Assembly (NCBI GenBank): GCA_963663165.1
Contig: OY760175.1
Location: 6,144,001 to 6,208,000, forward strand
Source of the DNA: an uncultured Desulfospira sp.
Lineage (GTDB): Bacteria > Desulfobacterota > Desulfobacteria > Desulfobacterales > Desulfobacteraceae
Direction: 5' to 3'
DNA: 64,000 nucleotides
The stretch's first letter is position 1, and each line of letters begins with the position of its first letter. Made by a program: the position numbers and the translations under genes. The notes beneath the pieces are model-generated. The model was not told where the DNA came from. It saw nothing but the letters and a program-made list of their open reading frames with translations, and made no database searches. Positions 26,671 to 37,538 of this stretch are shown here, one piece after another.

Positions 26671-29453
26671 AAATAGCCCATGAAAAGCAATTTGAGCCTG
26701 ATAAAAAGATCGGGCAAGCCACCCAGGCAGCCTTTATGAGAATTGTCGTTCCGCTGTTTTTAACATTTATTTCGTTTATCCTGTGCATCTTCTTTATCTT
26801 TATCCCTTCGGTGAAACAGCATCTTATAGAACAAAAAAAGGTTATGGTTCTTGAACTCAATGACAGCAACTGCAACATTACCATCAGCCTTTTGTCCGAA
26901 TACCACCAGCGGGTATTGTCCGGGGAGCTGACCCGTGAAGACGCCCAGGGCCGTGCCATGAAACGGATGCGCAATTTAAGGTACGGACCGAAAGGCCAGG
27001 GGTTTTTCTGGATCATCGACCAACACCTTCGGGTGCTCGTTCAGCCGGTGATGCCGTGGCTGGAGGGAAAGGACTCGTCCTCCCCAATTGATCCCCATGT
27101 CAAACAGCTCATTGAAGAATGTGTGGGCATCGCTGATACCCAGGGCTCCGGATATGTTGACTATCAGGGGGCGTTACCGGGCGTGACCTTTCCCCGGATT
27201 TCTTATGTCAAATTGTTCGAGCCCTGGGGGTGGATCATCGGTACCGGCATTGAAGTGGACGATGTCGAGGATCATATTGATGCCATTACTGGGCGGATAT
27301 TCCGGATTTTTATCGGGGTTTTGGCCATATTCCTGGTGCTTTGTCTTTACATTACTTTCCAATCCATCCTGAGCGAACAAAAATGGGGGCAGGCCGAGGA
27401 AGCCCACCAACTTGATATCCTGCGTTTGAAAAAACTTCGGGAGCTGAACCAAATGTCCGAAGCCTCACTTTCTGATTTGATGGAATTCTCTTTGTCAGAG
27501 GCCATTCTGCTCACCCGGAGCCGCATCGGATACCTGGTTTTTTTAACCGAAGATGAGAAGGGAATCACGCAGTATACCTGGTCAAATGATACGATTCAAA
27601 ATTGTAAGATTACGGGCCCGGGAGGCCGTTGCCATCAAAAGAAGAATAAATTATGGGCCAGGGCGGTCCAGGAGCGCAAAACGGTAATTGTTAATGATTG
27701 TCAGCAAGAAACTGAAGAAAACAGCCTCCCGGCCGGACATATCCCCATCATCCGGCACATGGATGTTCCGGTATTTGATCGCGGCCGGATCGTGGCTGTG
27801 GCCGGGGTAGGGAACAAAAGGGAAGATTATGATAATTCCGATATTCAGCAGATGAACCTGCTCATGGACGGCATGTGGAAAATTATTCAGCGCAAGGCTT
27901 CGGAGGAGGCCCTGCGGCAAAGCGAGGAGCGATACCGCCTGTTAATGGAAAACGCCGGCGATATTATCTGGACCCTTCAGCTGCCGGATATGCACTTTCT
28001 TTATGCGAGCCCGTCAGTTGAAACCATCCTGAACTATGCCCCGGAACAGCTTCAGAAGATGGCATTGAAAGATATCATTGCACCGGAATTTTTAGACCGG
28101 TTTACCGGAATGATCAGCGAAGAACTGATAAAGGAAGAAGACCCAAAAGTTAATCCCAGACGCTCCTGGGTAACCCAGCTCCAACAGGTTCGAAAAGATG
28201 GCTCTTTTGTCTGGACTGAAATAAAAGCCAGTTTTTTAAGGGATGAGGACGGCCAGGTGAACCGGATTCTTGGGGTCACCCGGGACATCACCCAGCGCCG
28301 GCGGATGGAACGTCAGCTTCAGCAGAGCCAGAAAATGGAGGCGGTCGGCACCCTGGCCGGCGGCATTGCCCATGATTTTAATAATATTCTTTCCTCAATT
28401 CTGGGGTTTACCGAGCTGGCCCGGCTGGAGTGCAAGGAGGACCCTGAGCTGATCCGGTGTCTGGACAGGATTTTTTCCGCCGGCATCAGGGCCCGGGATT
28501 TGGTTCGTCATATTCTGGTCTTCAGCCGGCAGCAGGAAATTCGGCGGGAGCCTTTGGCCATCAAGCCCCTGGTCAAGGAATGCCTCAATTTTATCCGTGC
28601 ATCCATTCCCAAGAATATCGACATTATCCAGAAACTGGAAGCTCCCGATACCACGGTGGTGGCCGACGCCTCCCAAGTCCATCAGATCATCATGAACTTG
28701 TGTACCAATGCCGCCCATGCCATGGAAGGAAAGAACGGTGTCCTGGAAGTCGGCCTCAAATCTGTCCGGATTGAAAACTGGGAAACCATACGGATCAAAG
28801 GACTGGAACCGGGCAATTATCTGGAGCTGTCCGTCGCCGATACCGGATGTGGAATCCCCGAATCGGTGAAAGAACGGATTTACGAGCCCTTTTTCACCAC
28901 CAAACCCACGGGCCAGGGAACTGGAATGGGGCTTGCCATCGTCCACGGGATTGTCAAGGACATGGGCGGCGGTATTTCGGTCTACAGCGAACCGGGCAGG
29001 GGATCTGTTTTTAAACTATACCTGCCGGCCGGTACCGGCAAAGAAGAATCAAAAGTCTTTCCGGGGTTGCCGCTGACAAAGGAGACCGGCCGGATTCTCA
29101 TGGTGGATGATGAAGAAAATATTGTTATATCCGGCCGTCTGATCCTGCAGACCATGGGGTATGAGGTAAACGCAGTGACCGACAGTCTGGAGGCATTTGA
29201 AATTTTTAAAAAAGACCCCCTGGCCTTTGACCTGGTCCTGTCTGACCTGACCATGCCCCGGATGACTGGTGTTCAGCTGATGCGTGAAATCCGTAAACTG
29301 CGCAAAGACATCCCCATTATTTTGACGACCGGGTTTAGTGATGCAGAGGCTATCGCTGAGGAGAGTGGTGTGTCTGCCGTAGTGATGAAACCCTTGATTG
29401 CCCGGGAACTGGTGGAGATGGTCCGGTCCGCCCTTAATCCTGATGCCCTGTAA
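26661..29453 (+). CDS. Cache-GAF-PAS hybrid sensor histidine kinase / response regulator
   Basis: Two TM helices around a single-Cache region (FEPWGWIIGTG), GAF (VAGVGNK), PAS, GGIAHDFNNIL, HATPase and an intact receiver; exact start uncertain. Confidence 0.92.
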   Translation: MLLKIAHEKQFEPDKKIGQATQAAFMRIVVPLFLTFISFILCIFFIFIPSVKQHLIEQKKVMVLELNDSNCNITISLLSEYHQRVLSGELTREDAQGRAMKRMRNLRYGPKGQGFFWIIDQHLRVLVQPVMPWLEGKDSSSPIDPHVKQLIEECVGIADTQGSGYVDYQGALPGVTFPRISYVKLFEPWGWIIGTGIEVDDVEDHIDAITGRIFRIFIGVLAIFLVLCLYITFQSILSEQKWGQAEEAHQLDILRLKKLRELNQMSEASLSDLMEFSLSEAILLTRSRIGYLVFLTEDEKGITQYTWSNDTIQNCKITGPGGRCHQKKNKLWARAVQERKTVIVNDCQQETEENSLPAGHIPIIRHMDVPVFDRGRIVAVAGVGNKREDYDNSDIQQMNLLMDGMWKIIQRKASEEALRQSEERYRLLMENAGDIIWTLQLPDMHFLYASPSVETILNYAPEQLQKMALKDIIAPEFLDRFTGMISEELIKEEDPKVNPRRSWVTQLQQVRKDGSFVWTEIKASFLRDEDGQVNRILGVTRDITQRRRMERQLQQSQKMEAVGTLAGGIAHDFNNILSSILGFTELARLECKEDPELIRCLDRIFSAGIRARDLVRHILVFSRQQEIRREPLAIKPLVKECLNFIRASIPKNIDIIQKLEAPDTTVVADASQVHQIIMNLCTNAAHAMEGKNGVLEVGLKSVRIENWETIRIKGLEPGNYLELSVADTGCGIPESVKERIYEPFFTTKPTGQGTGMGLAIVHGIVKDMGGGISVYSEPGRGSVFKLYLPAGTGKEESKVFPGLPLTKETGRILMVDDEENIVISGRLILQTMGYEVNAVTDSLEAFEIFKKDPLAFDLVLSDLTMPRMTGVQLMREIRKLRKDIPIILTTGFSDAEAIAEESGVSAVVMKPLIARELVEMVRSALNPDAL

Positions 29454-29562
29454 TCACAGGCTGCTCCGGTGGTGCTATGGCAGACCGTAACCTTGCTAAT
29501 AACCCAACGCCCTGTGATAGCAGGGTCTAACCCCAATTAATATTAGGAAAGGAAATTCCAGA

Positions 29563-31557
29563 ATGAAGATGTCTTTGAAGTCGAGGTTGTTGGTCGGAGG
29601 ATTTTTGGCCTCCATGTTCCCCCTTGCCGTTAGCGGTTATTTTTCAGTAAGCAAATCCTCAGATGCGCTGGTAAATAGCAGTAAGTCCAACTCCGTTCAG
29701 GTGGCCAAAGACCTGGCGGTCATGAGCGAAGAGTTCATCAGCCAGGAAAAAAGCTTTGTCTTGTCCATCGCCCAGGCACCAATCGTTTCAAAGACAGTCT
29801 CAAAGGTATTTAATTCAGGGGCGGGGTCGGACGATGCAAAACCGGAGTTGGATTTATTGACAGAATTTTTGGCCGGTGTTTATGCTCAGGTTAAAAATAA
29901 ACATGAAAATTTAGTGGTTACAGATCAAAAAGGGATCGTCATCGCTGACAGCATTGGGGGAAAGACAAACGGGATTGATCTGTCAAAGCGGCAATATTTT
30001 ATAGACGCAAAAAAAGGGGGGCTGAGTTTAAGCGACCCCATTTTGTCAAAAGTATCCGGGGACCCGATTTTTACCATTGCCGTTCCCTTAAACCAAGAGG
30101 ACGGGGTGTTTGTCGGCGAATTGGTATCGGTAATTAAACTTAATCAGCTAAGCCACATCATTACCCAGGTTAAAGTGGGAAAAACCGGATATCCGTTTTT
30201 AGTGGACAAAAAAGGAACGTTTATTGCCCACCCCAACCCAAAGAATATTTTTAATACCAATATCACCCAGATAGACGGGATGAAAGAGGTGAGCCAGAAA
30301 ATGCTGGCCCAGCAAACCGGTGTTCACGATTATGAATTTGAAGGCGTGCGCAAAATTGCCGGATTCGCCCCGGTTAAATCCACGGGCTGGAGCCTTTGCG
30401 TTACCCAGAATGAGGAAGAGTTCCTGGCCGCGGCCAGACATATCCGGAACCTGGTTTTCATGATCGCCGTTATTTTCCTTGTGGTTATCCTGTTTGGTGT
30501 CCTCTGGTTTGTGAAAGGGGTCATGACCCAGCTCGGTGGTGAGCCGGATCAGATTGCCGGGATTGCCGACCGCATTGCCGCCGGAGATCTCACAATTGAG
30601 TTCAAGGACGATGGCAAAAAGCCGACCGGTGTTTATGCCAGTATGAAAGAAATGGCCGGGAACCTGGCGGATATGATCAAAGAGATCACCGGCGGTGTCC
30701 AGACATTAACCTCTTCTTCCACGGAATTGTCCGCCATTTCTGAACAAATGGCATCCAATGCCACTGAAACGAGTGAAAAGGCCAACAGTGTAGCCGCTGC
30801 TGCCGAAGAAATGACCGCCAACATGAACGGGGTGGCCGCTGCCACCGAACAGACCGCTGCCAATATTCAAATGATTGTGGCTGCTGCCGAAGAAATGTCT
30901 TCTACCATTTCAGAGATCGCGGCCAATACATCCAAAGGCAGCCAAACTACCCTGGACGCCGTGAGCAAGGCAGAAGAGGTTTCAGGAAAAGTCAACGAAC
31001 TCGGAGACGCGGCTTCCCAGATCAGCCGGGTAACGGAAACCATCGCCGACATCTCCGAACAGACCAACCTTCTGGCCCTCAATGCCACCATTGAAGCGGC
31101 AAGGGCCGGAGAGGCCGGAAAAGGATTTGCCGTCGTTGCGGCAGAAATTAAGGCCCTTGCCCAGCAGACAGCCGAGGCCACGGATGAGATCGGTGCAAGG
31201 ATCGGTGAGGTGCAAAAAAGTACCGGTGAATCTGTAACCGCCATTAACGAAATTGTCGGGGTGATCAATGAGATTAACACCATTGTAACCTCTGTTGCCG
31301 TTGCCATTGAAGAACAGACGGCAACGACCCAGGAAATCAGCAACAATGTGAGTCAGGCGGGTGCCGGAGTCCAGGAGGTAAACGAAAATGTCAACCAGGC
31401 CTCTGTGGTGGCTGAAGAAGTCAGCCAGGACATTCATCAGGTCGGCCGGGCTTCGGACGAAATGAAAACCGGCGGTCAGCAGGTTAATGAAAGTTCTAGA
31501 GAATTGTCCAAGCTGGCTGAGGAATTAAACGGCATGATAAAGCGGTTTAAGATATAA
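29563..31557 (+). CDS. Methyl-accepting chemotaxis protein with dCache sensor
   Basis: TM-dCache (GYPFLVD, IAHP, TGWSL)-[33 protein letters not shown]. Confidence 0.95.
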   Translation: MKMSLKSRLLVGGFLASMFPLAVSGYFSVSKSSDALVNSSKSNSVQVAKDLAVMSEEFISQEKSFVLSIAQAPIVSKTVSKVFNSGAGSDDAKPELDLLTEFLAGVYAQVKNKHENLVVTDQKGIVIADSIGGKTNGIDLSKRQYFIDAKKGGLSLSDPILSKVSGDPIFTIAVPLNQEDGVFVGELVSVIKLNQLSHIITQVKVGKTGYPFLVDKKGTFIAHPNPKNIFNTNITQIDGMKEVSQKMLAQQTGVHDYEFEGVRKIAGFAPVKSTGWSLCVTQNEEEFLAAARHIRNLVFMIAVIFLVVILFGVLWFVKGVMTQLGGEPDQIAGIADRIAAGDLTIEFKDDGKKPTGVYASMKEMAGNLADMIKEITGGVQTLTSSSTELSAISEQMASNATETSEKANSVAAAAEEMTANMNGVAAATEQTAANIQMIVAAAEEMSSTISEIAANTSKGSQTTLDAVSKAEEVSGKVNELGDAASQISRVTETIADISEQTNLLALNATIEAARAGEAGKGFAVVAAEIKALAQQTAEATDEIGARIGEVQKSTGESVTAINEIVGVINEINTIVTSVAVAIEEQTATTQEISNNVSQAGAGVQEVNENVNQASVVAEEVSQDIHQVGRASDEMKTGGQQVNESSRELSKLAEELNGMIKRFKI

Positions 31558-31668
31558 TGCCCCTGTAATCGGGCATGGCGTGGCCGGCATTTTTGTCGCG
31601 CTTCCTGTACCATGCGGTTGCGCCTGAGCCACAAATATCGCCTCTGCTGTCATTCCAACCAGACCCGG

Positions 31669-31700
31669 GCCATGGGCCTTGTTAAGACAAGGCCCATGGC
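31669..31700. terminator. 14-bp perfect stem-loop downstream of the MCP
   Basis: GCCATGGGCCTTGT-TAAG-ACAAGGCCCATGGC; no clear U-tract. Confidence 0.45.
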
Positions 31701-31707
31701 TCAATAG

Positions 31708-31910
31708 CAGGGTGATCGCATGTAACTCGCCTGTAATTAATAGCACTTGGGGTGGTAAGGATAATGTAAAAAAAGGAAACCGGAGAAAAGGAGACGGGAG
31801 ACCGGATCGCGCATCCTTAGGGGTTTTCCATTCCGGTCTCCCTACGTTTTATTGGATTATCCTTATCTTTCATTCCGGGATGGACTGCTTTTTTACATGT
31901 GATTGCCCTG
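31708..31910. mobile_element. MITE-like family D (203 bp, aged)
   Basis: 18-bp imperfect TIR CAGGGTGATCGCATGTAA / TTACATGTGATTGCCCTG; flanks GGCTCAATAG and GGTTCAACAG match 8 of 10 (degenerate TSD). Confidence 0.65.
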
Positions 31911-32245
31911 GGTTCAACAGGCAGGTTCCTTTATTCATAATAAACCCGGCACAGGTCAACTGGACAGGATGGGGGCGATTCGTCATTTCAGCCGCCAGTA
32001 TCCTTTCTTCACGGTTTTTATGATTTTTCGTCGCGTTTTATCATTTTTTACTTGTTTTATCCGGCAAATTTATGTAACTTTTACGAAAAGTTAATCTGAC
32101 GAATAAATTATCGATTCTCCAGCGACATGCAGGCTCTAAGTGGATTTTTATCTTAATAATTTAAGTCAATAACACAACCCCATGGCCGTTTATCTCCTGG
32201 ATCAGCAGGAGGTTTTAATATTTTAAAAATATAACTTAAGGAGCT

Positions 32246-33142
32246 ATGATCATGAAAAAATGTATTTTCCCTCTGGTAATCGTCTTTATTCTTTTTATTG
32301 CCCAGACCGGCTTTGCAGCAGGCGCTCTTAAAATAGGGGTCCTGGCCAAAAACGGACCGGTAAAGGCCCTGAAGATGTGGGGGGCCACCGGGAAATATCT
32401 GACGGAAAAAGTCGGCACGCCCTTTGAAATTGTCCCGTTGGATTTTAATGCGGTGTTCCCGGCCATAGAAGCGGGAAATGTCGAATTTTTTCTGGTGAAT
32501 TCATCCATGTTTGTTACGGCCAAGGCGAAATACGGGGCATCAGCCATCGCCACCATGATCAATTCAAGGCAGGGAAAGCCGTTGAAAGCTTTTGGCGGCG
32601 TTATTCTGACCAGTGATGAAAATGAGGACATCAACTCATTGGCGGACCTGAAAGGCAAAACGTTTGCAGCGGTTGCCAAATCCTCCTTTGGCGGCTGGCA
32701 GATGGCCTATATGGAACTGTTGAACCAGGGCATTGACCCATTCAGCGATTTTCCCGAAGTCCAATTCGCCGGCAAACACGATAATGTAGTCCTGGCTATC
32801 CAGAATGGTGCTGCAGACGCCGGAACCGTGAGAACAGACACCATGGAACGGATGCAGGCTGCCGGCGTTATCGACATGGAAGATTTTAAAATTCTCAACG
32901 CCCAGTCCCATAGCGGGTTCCCCTTTGTATGCAGCACACCGCTGTATCCGGAATGGCCCCTGGCCAAAATCAGTGCCGTATCCGATGATGTGGCCGCCAA
33001 GGTCTTAGCCGCCCTCAAGGAGATCAAAGAAACAGACCTGGCTGCAAAGGATGCCAAGATCGTCGGCTGGAGCGATGCTCTGGATTACCAGGGGGTTGAA
33101 GACCTTCAGCGGACACTTAAGATCGGTGCGTATCAGGAATAG
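32246..33142 (+). CDS. Stand-alone PhnD/SsuA-fold periplasmic binding protein resembling the TtrS/ThsS sensor domain
   Basis: Signal peptide; IGVLA, FGGVI, DLKGKTF, SFGGW, HDNVV, DAGTVRTDT and STPLYPEWP motifs; no ABC permease or ATPase nearby. Confidence 0.85.
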   Translation: MIMKKCIFPLVIVFILFIAQTGFAAGALKIGVLAKNGPVKALKMWGATGKYLTEKVGTPFEIVPLDFNAVFPAIEAGNVEFFLVNSSMFVTAKAKYGASAIATMINSRQGKPLKAFGGVILTSDENEDINSLADLKGKTFAAVAKSSFGGWQMAYMELLNQGIDPFSDFPEVQFAGKHDNVVLAIQNGAADAGTVRTDTMERMQAAGVIDMEDFKILNAQSHSGFPFVCSTPLYPEWPLAKISAVSDDVAAKVLAALKEIKETDLAAKDAKIVGWSDALDYQGVEDLQRTLKIGAYQE

Positions 33143-33204
33143 GTTCAGCCGTTGATGGTTTTCGGGTTAAACGTTGTATTTCATCCTAAGGAGAAGTTAA
33201 GACC

Positions 33205-35247
33205 ATGACAGCACAACATTCAGACGCTAAAGCTCCCCCCCAAGGCGGCCGTCTCTGGATAAAGCTTCTGATCCCGCTTACGGCCATTCTTGCGGTGGCA
33301 CTTTTAGGGTTGTCTTTGATCATTATTTCGACCCAAAGCAACTCCCTGAGCGACATGGGACTGAAGATTCAGGGAATGCTTACTGAGTCGGGCGATATCG
33401 TTGATAAAGACTTAAAGAAGATGGAGTCGGGTGTGACCATGGAAATGGGACAAATGGCCCAGACCGCAACCGACCACCTGACAAAGTCCTGTAAAGAATC
33501 CTTAAACCGGATCAAAACAGACATTGAGACAGCATGGATGGGAACCGTTGATGAGGATGCCAATGCCCAGGCAGAGCTGCTGGCCAATGTTGCGCCGCCA
33601 GCCATTTTAAACAACGATTACACGGCCCTGCTGGGCTATGTCAAATCCGCCTGTTCCAATCCAAGCGTGGTATATACCCTGTATTTGAGAGAAAACGGAA
33701 AACCTTACATCAAATACTTTGACATGGCAAACGAGAAAGTTAAATCCTATATTGAAAGCGGTCAGGGAAAGAAAAAGCATGATAAAGTTCTGGATGCCTC
33801 GTCAAAAGATCCGGATGTGTATATCGTCCAGAAGGAGATCAAACTGGAAGGCAAAGCCCTGGGCACCATCGTTTTATGTATTGATAAAACCGGGATCAAT
33901 AACAAAATAAAAAAGATGTCCACTGAATTTGAGGCCCTTATTTCAGGCAATTCACAAAAAATTCAGACCGTGCTTCAACAAGAATCCCGTGTGGTGGTTT
34001 CCGGCATCAGCAGTATCATCAAAGATGTGGCCAAAAGCAATGGGGCCGTGGTCTCAAAGACCAACACCAGTATTGATGAATGCAGCCGCCAGGCCAAAAA
34101 TCAGACCAGAATCCGGCTGGCCGTCATGGGGGTGGTCTGCTGTGTGCTCATTTTGGCTTTGGCCTTTCTGCTGCTTCAGACCCTGGTCATTGCCCCGGTG
34201 AAAAAGATTTCTCAGGGGTTAAAGAACATTGCTTCCGGAGAGGGTGACTTAACCCAGCGGATCCGGATCAAAAACAAGGATGAACTGGGCGAACTGGTCT
34301 ACTGGTTCAATGCATTTATCCAGCGCTTGAACAACATTATCGTTGACATCGGTGCCAATTCCGAAACCGTTACCGAGGCCTCGGAAGAGCTGGTGGCCGT
34401 GTCCAGCCATATGGCCGATGATGCAAAGGACCTGCTTGGCCGGGCCGGTACGGTTACCGGGGCGTCCGAAACCATGAGCACCAATATCAGTTCAGTGGCG
34501 GCCACCTCAAACCAGGTGGCCAGCAATGTGGGATCTGTGGCCGATTCTGCGGCCCTGATGCAGTCCACGTTCCAGGATGTGGTGAAAAACTGCGAGCATG
34601 CCCAGCAAATTTCAGATGAGGCGGCTACCCAGGTCAATCAGGCCACGGAGCGCGTGGAACACCTTGGGGTTTCAGCCAAGGATATTTCAAGGGTGACCGA
34701 GGCCATTACCGACATTGCGGAACAGACCAACCTGCTGGCCCTGAACGCCACCATAGAATCGGCCAGGGCAGGAGAGGCCGGCAAAGGGTTCGCCGTTGTG
34801 GCAGGGGAGATCAAAAGCCTGGCCGAACAGACGGCCCAGGCCACCAACGACATCCGGGACAAGGTGATTGAAATTCAAAATTCAACAGACAATACCGTGG
34901 ATGACGTCAAGAAAATATCCAGTGTTATTTTCAAGGTGAACGAAATCGTCTCCACCATTGTGAACGCCATGGAGGATCAGTTTTCGTCGGCCGCACAAAT
35001 GGCCCAGAACATGGAGCAGGCTTCAGCCGGTATCAGCGAGGTCAGTGCCAATATCACCTCAAGCTCTGAAGTGTCATCCCAGATTGCAACGGATATTTCC
35101 AGTGTGAACTCCGTATCCGAAGCCATCTCACAAAAGAGCAGCCAGATGAACGAGAACGCCCGGAACCTGGCCGACTTGTCCATCAAGCTAAAGGATATGA
35201 TTTCCGTTTTCAAAGTGTCCAAAGACGAATCCGAATCAGAGGCATAA
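33205..35247 (+). CDS. Methyl-accepting chemotaxis protein with a long periplasmic domain
   Basis: TM, ~260-aa periplasmic region, TM, HAMP (GEGDLTQRI...DELGEL), [27 protein letters not shown]. Confidence 0.95.
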   Translation: MTAQHSDAKAPPQGGRLWIKLLIPLTAILAVALLGLSLIIISTQSNSLSDMGLKIQGMLTESGDIVDKDLKKMESGVTMEMGQMAQTATDHLTKSCKESLNRIKTDIETAWMGTVDEDANAQAELLANVAPPAILNNDYTALLGYVKSACSNPSVVYTLYLRENGKPYIKYFDMANEKVKSYIESGQGKKKHDKVLDASSKDPDVYIVQKEIKLEGKALGTIVLCIDKTGINNKIKKMSTEFEALISGNSQKIQTVLQQESRVVVSGISSIIKDVAKSNGAVVSKTNTSIDECSRQAKNQTRIRLAVMGVVCCVLILALAFLLLQTLVIAPVKKISQGLKNIASGEGDLTQRIRIKNKDELGELVYWFNAFIQRLNNIIVDIGANSETVTEASEELVAVSSHMADDAKDLLGRAGTVTGASETMSTNISSVAATSNQVASNVGSVADSAALMQSTFQDVVKNCEHAQQISDEAATQVNQATERVEHLGVSAKDISRVTEAITDIAEQTNLLALNATIESARAGEAGKGFAVVAGEIKSLAEQTAQATNDIRDKVIEIQNSTDNTVDDVKKISSVIFKVNEIVSTIVNAMEDQFSSAAQMAQNMEQASAGISEVSANITSSSEVSSQIATDISSVNSVSEAISQKSSQMNENARNLADLSIKLKDMISVFKVSKDESESEA

Positions 35248-35257
35248 GCCTTATTTA

Positions 35258-35382
35258 GTGTTTGGGCGAAAAGTGGCCCAGATGCAAGGCGTAAAAAAAA
35301 TTGCAACCGGAGCAACCTTAAGGTTGTGAGGATTGCAATTTTTTTTGCAACGCAGCAGATGGGTGACTTTTCGTTCAAACAC
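35258..35382. mobile_element. MITE-like family B, copy 2
   Basis: GTGTTTGGGCGAAAAGT ... ACTTTTCGTTCAAACAC; its end supplies the TGA of the GGDEF gene. Confidence 0.8.
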
Positions 35383-37372
35383 CGGTCACCACCCGGTCTC
35401 TGCCGGTTTCCTTGGCCTTATACAGGGCCTTATCCGCCACGGCCACAAGGGCATCTTTGTTTTTGATGCCCTTTTTATATTCACTGACCCCGGCACTCAC
35501 CGACAAGGTCAGGCCCGGGAACCGGTCCGCCAACAGGTCCCCTAACCTTCGGACCTCTTTTCTGACCCTTTCGGCATAGGCTGCGGCCTTGTCAAGGCTG
35601 GTGCCGTTAAGAACCACAATGAATTCTTCCCCGCCGTACCGGCCCACATGATCTGATGGCCTGGAGATTTTTTTCAAGGTCTTGGAAATCAGCTTGAGGA
35701 TGACATCCCCGGCCTGGTGCCCGAAGGTGTCGTTGAATTTTTTGAAAAAATCCACGTCAATCATGACCAGGGAAAGGGGCTGCTCCCCTTTAACCGCCTT
35801 GTTAAACCCTTCAGTCAACAGCTTGTCTATGGTCATCCGGTTGAGCAGGCCGGTAAGGCCGTCCCGCATGGAAATGGATCGGGCTTCGCTGTAGGCGGTG
35901 GCGTTTTCAAGGGCCATGCCCAGCTCGTTGCCCACAATGCCGATAATGGAAAAGATATTGGACGGGATGGATTTTTTGGACCGGGCATGGTCCATTCCCA
36001 GAATTCCCACCACCTTGTTCCGGCTGCAAAAGGGAACCAGCAGCATTTCATGGGCATTAAATGCCTCAAGAATGTCCCGGTCCCCGGCGGTTTGCCCGTT
36101 AACCAGGACCGGCTCTTTGTTTCGAAGACATTGGATTAAGCCTTTGGCCTTTTTATGCAAAGCGACCTGAACCGATAAAAGGCCTTGGGCCGGTTCTCCT
36201 TTTTCAAGGCAGTTGACCACGGTTAACTGCCGGGAGGGCATTACCGGCTTTAAAAAGTAGATCCGGTCAAACTTGAAATCATTATAAATGGCTTTCAGGG
36301 TTTCCTGGATAACCGTTTCAGGGTCAAGGCTTCGGTGGGGGGCGGTGATGCTTTCCATGACGGCCTGGGATTTGTGGCTGTTGGCCGCCAGTGCCGCACC
36401 GTTAAAATAGACCTTGGAACTGATGGCACTTAATTTCAGGTTGGCCTGGAGAAGGTTTTCCCTGAACTGGCTGGAAGAGGGGAACACAAAATTATAAAAC
36501 TGTGCGGTCCGCTCCATTTCCCGGTCCATTTTCTGAATGATCCGTTTAAAGTTGACTTCAAAAAGGGGGATGTGCCGGGTGACTTCCGGCTGGAGGACCG
36601 GGGGATGATTGATGTCCAGGGAGCCGATTCCCTGGGTCCATGCCAGAAAATTGGCCAGGGCGACAATGGAGATGAGCATGGCCTCGTCATCTGACAGGTC
36701 CAGATGCTCAAACCGCCGGTGATGGGTGTTGATCACCAGGGTCAGGGCTTCGGGCAGATGCCAGGCATGGCTGTAATAAGCCCCGATGTCGTCATGGCCC
36801 ATTCCCATGATGTCCCGTTCTTCATCAATGACCTGCCCGTGGCAGGCCGCGGCATTGGCTACAAATTCACCATAGTTGACGCAGCCTTGAAGGTCAAAAA
36901 TGATCTTGCCGAAATCGTGCAAAAGCCCAGCCATATAGGCCTCTTCCAGGGCCGGGTATTGGACTTCCTCGGCAATGGCCCGGCCAAGGCAGGCCACACA
37001 CAGGCAGTGGCGCCAGAAAAAGGCCCGGTGAAAGCTTTTAATTTTTCCGGGCCGGATCATTTTTTCAAACACAGAGGCTTTCAGGGAAATATTTTTAACC
37101 TCGTCAACCCCTAAGAAGATAATGGCTTCGGTAACATCGGTAATGGTTCTTTTAAGGCCGAAAAACGCTGAATTGACAATGCTTAACACCCTGGTGGAGA
37201 TGCCCGGGTCCGTTTCCACCAGTTTGGATAAGTCTTCCATATTGGTCTGGTTGCTGTTGCAAAGCGCCAGCAGTTTGGTCATTACCGGGGGAAAGCTCGG
37301 GACTTCCTTAACGTCAAATTTCAACACTTTCTCAACATCTTCCGCCAAAGGAAGAATGAGGCGATCATTCAT
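35375..37372 (-). CDS. HDOD-GAF-GGDEF diguanylate cyclase
   Basis: HDOD (TDPG, VNSAFFG, AGLLHDFGK, AWHLP), GAF-like middle, DVDFFKKFND, RPSD I-site and GGEEF. Confidence 0.93.
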   Translation of the reverse strand: MNDRLILPLAEDVEKVLKFDVKEVPSFPPVMTKLLALCNSNQTNMEDLSKLVETDPGISTRVLSIVNSAFFGLKRTITDVTEAIIFLGVDEVKNISLKASVFEKMIRPGKIKSFHRAFFWRHCLCVACLGRAIAEEVQYPALEEAYMAGLLHDFGKIIFDLQGCVNYGEFVANAAACHGQVIDEERDIMGMGHDDIGAYYSHAWHLPEALTLVINTHHRRFEHLDLSDDEAMLISIVALANFLAWTQGIGSLDINHPPVLQPEVTRHIPLFEVNFKRIIQKMDREMERTAQFYNFVFPSSSQFRENLLQANLKLSAISSKVYFNGAALAANSHKSQAVMESITAPHRSLDPETVIQETLKAIYNDFKFDRIYFLKPVMPSRQLTVVNCLEKGEPAQGLLSVQVALHKKAKGLIQCLRNKEPVLVNGQTAGDRDILEAFNAHEMLLVPFCSRNKVVGILGMDHARSKKSIPSNIFSIIGIVGNELGMALENATAYSEARSISMRDGLTGLLNRMTIDKLLTEGFNKAVKGEQPLSLVMIDVDFFKKFNDTFGHQAGDVILKLISKTLKKISRPSDHVGRYGGEEFIVVLNGTSLDKAAAYAERVRKEVRRLGDLLADRFPGLTLSVSAGVSEYKKGIKNKDALVAVADKALYKAKETGRDRVVTGV

Positions 37373-37538
37373 GGTGGGGGGTCTCCAAAAGAAAGTCTTG
37401 TCTTTAATCCATACAGCCGGTTAATGTTAAGGGGTTTCTCCCTGTTACGTCTATCATGGGTTTGCGCGCTTTACAAACAGCCAGATGCTATGTTGACTTT
37501 ATGGTTGTATCATTTTCCCCGGACTTGTTCAAACAGGA

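Noticed and set aside
32246..33142. Phosphonate ABC transporter operon
   Set aside because: No phnC, phnE or C-P lyase genes nearby; the binding protein is flanked only by MCPs.
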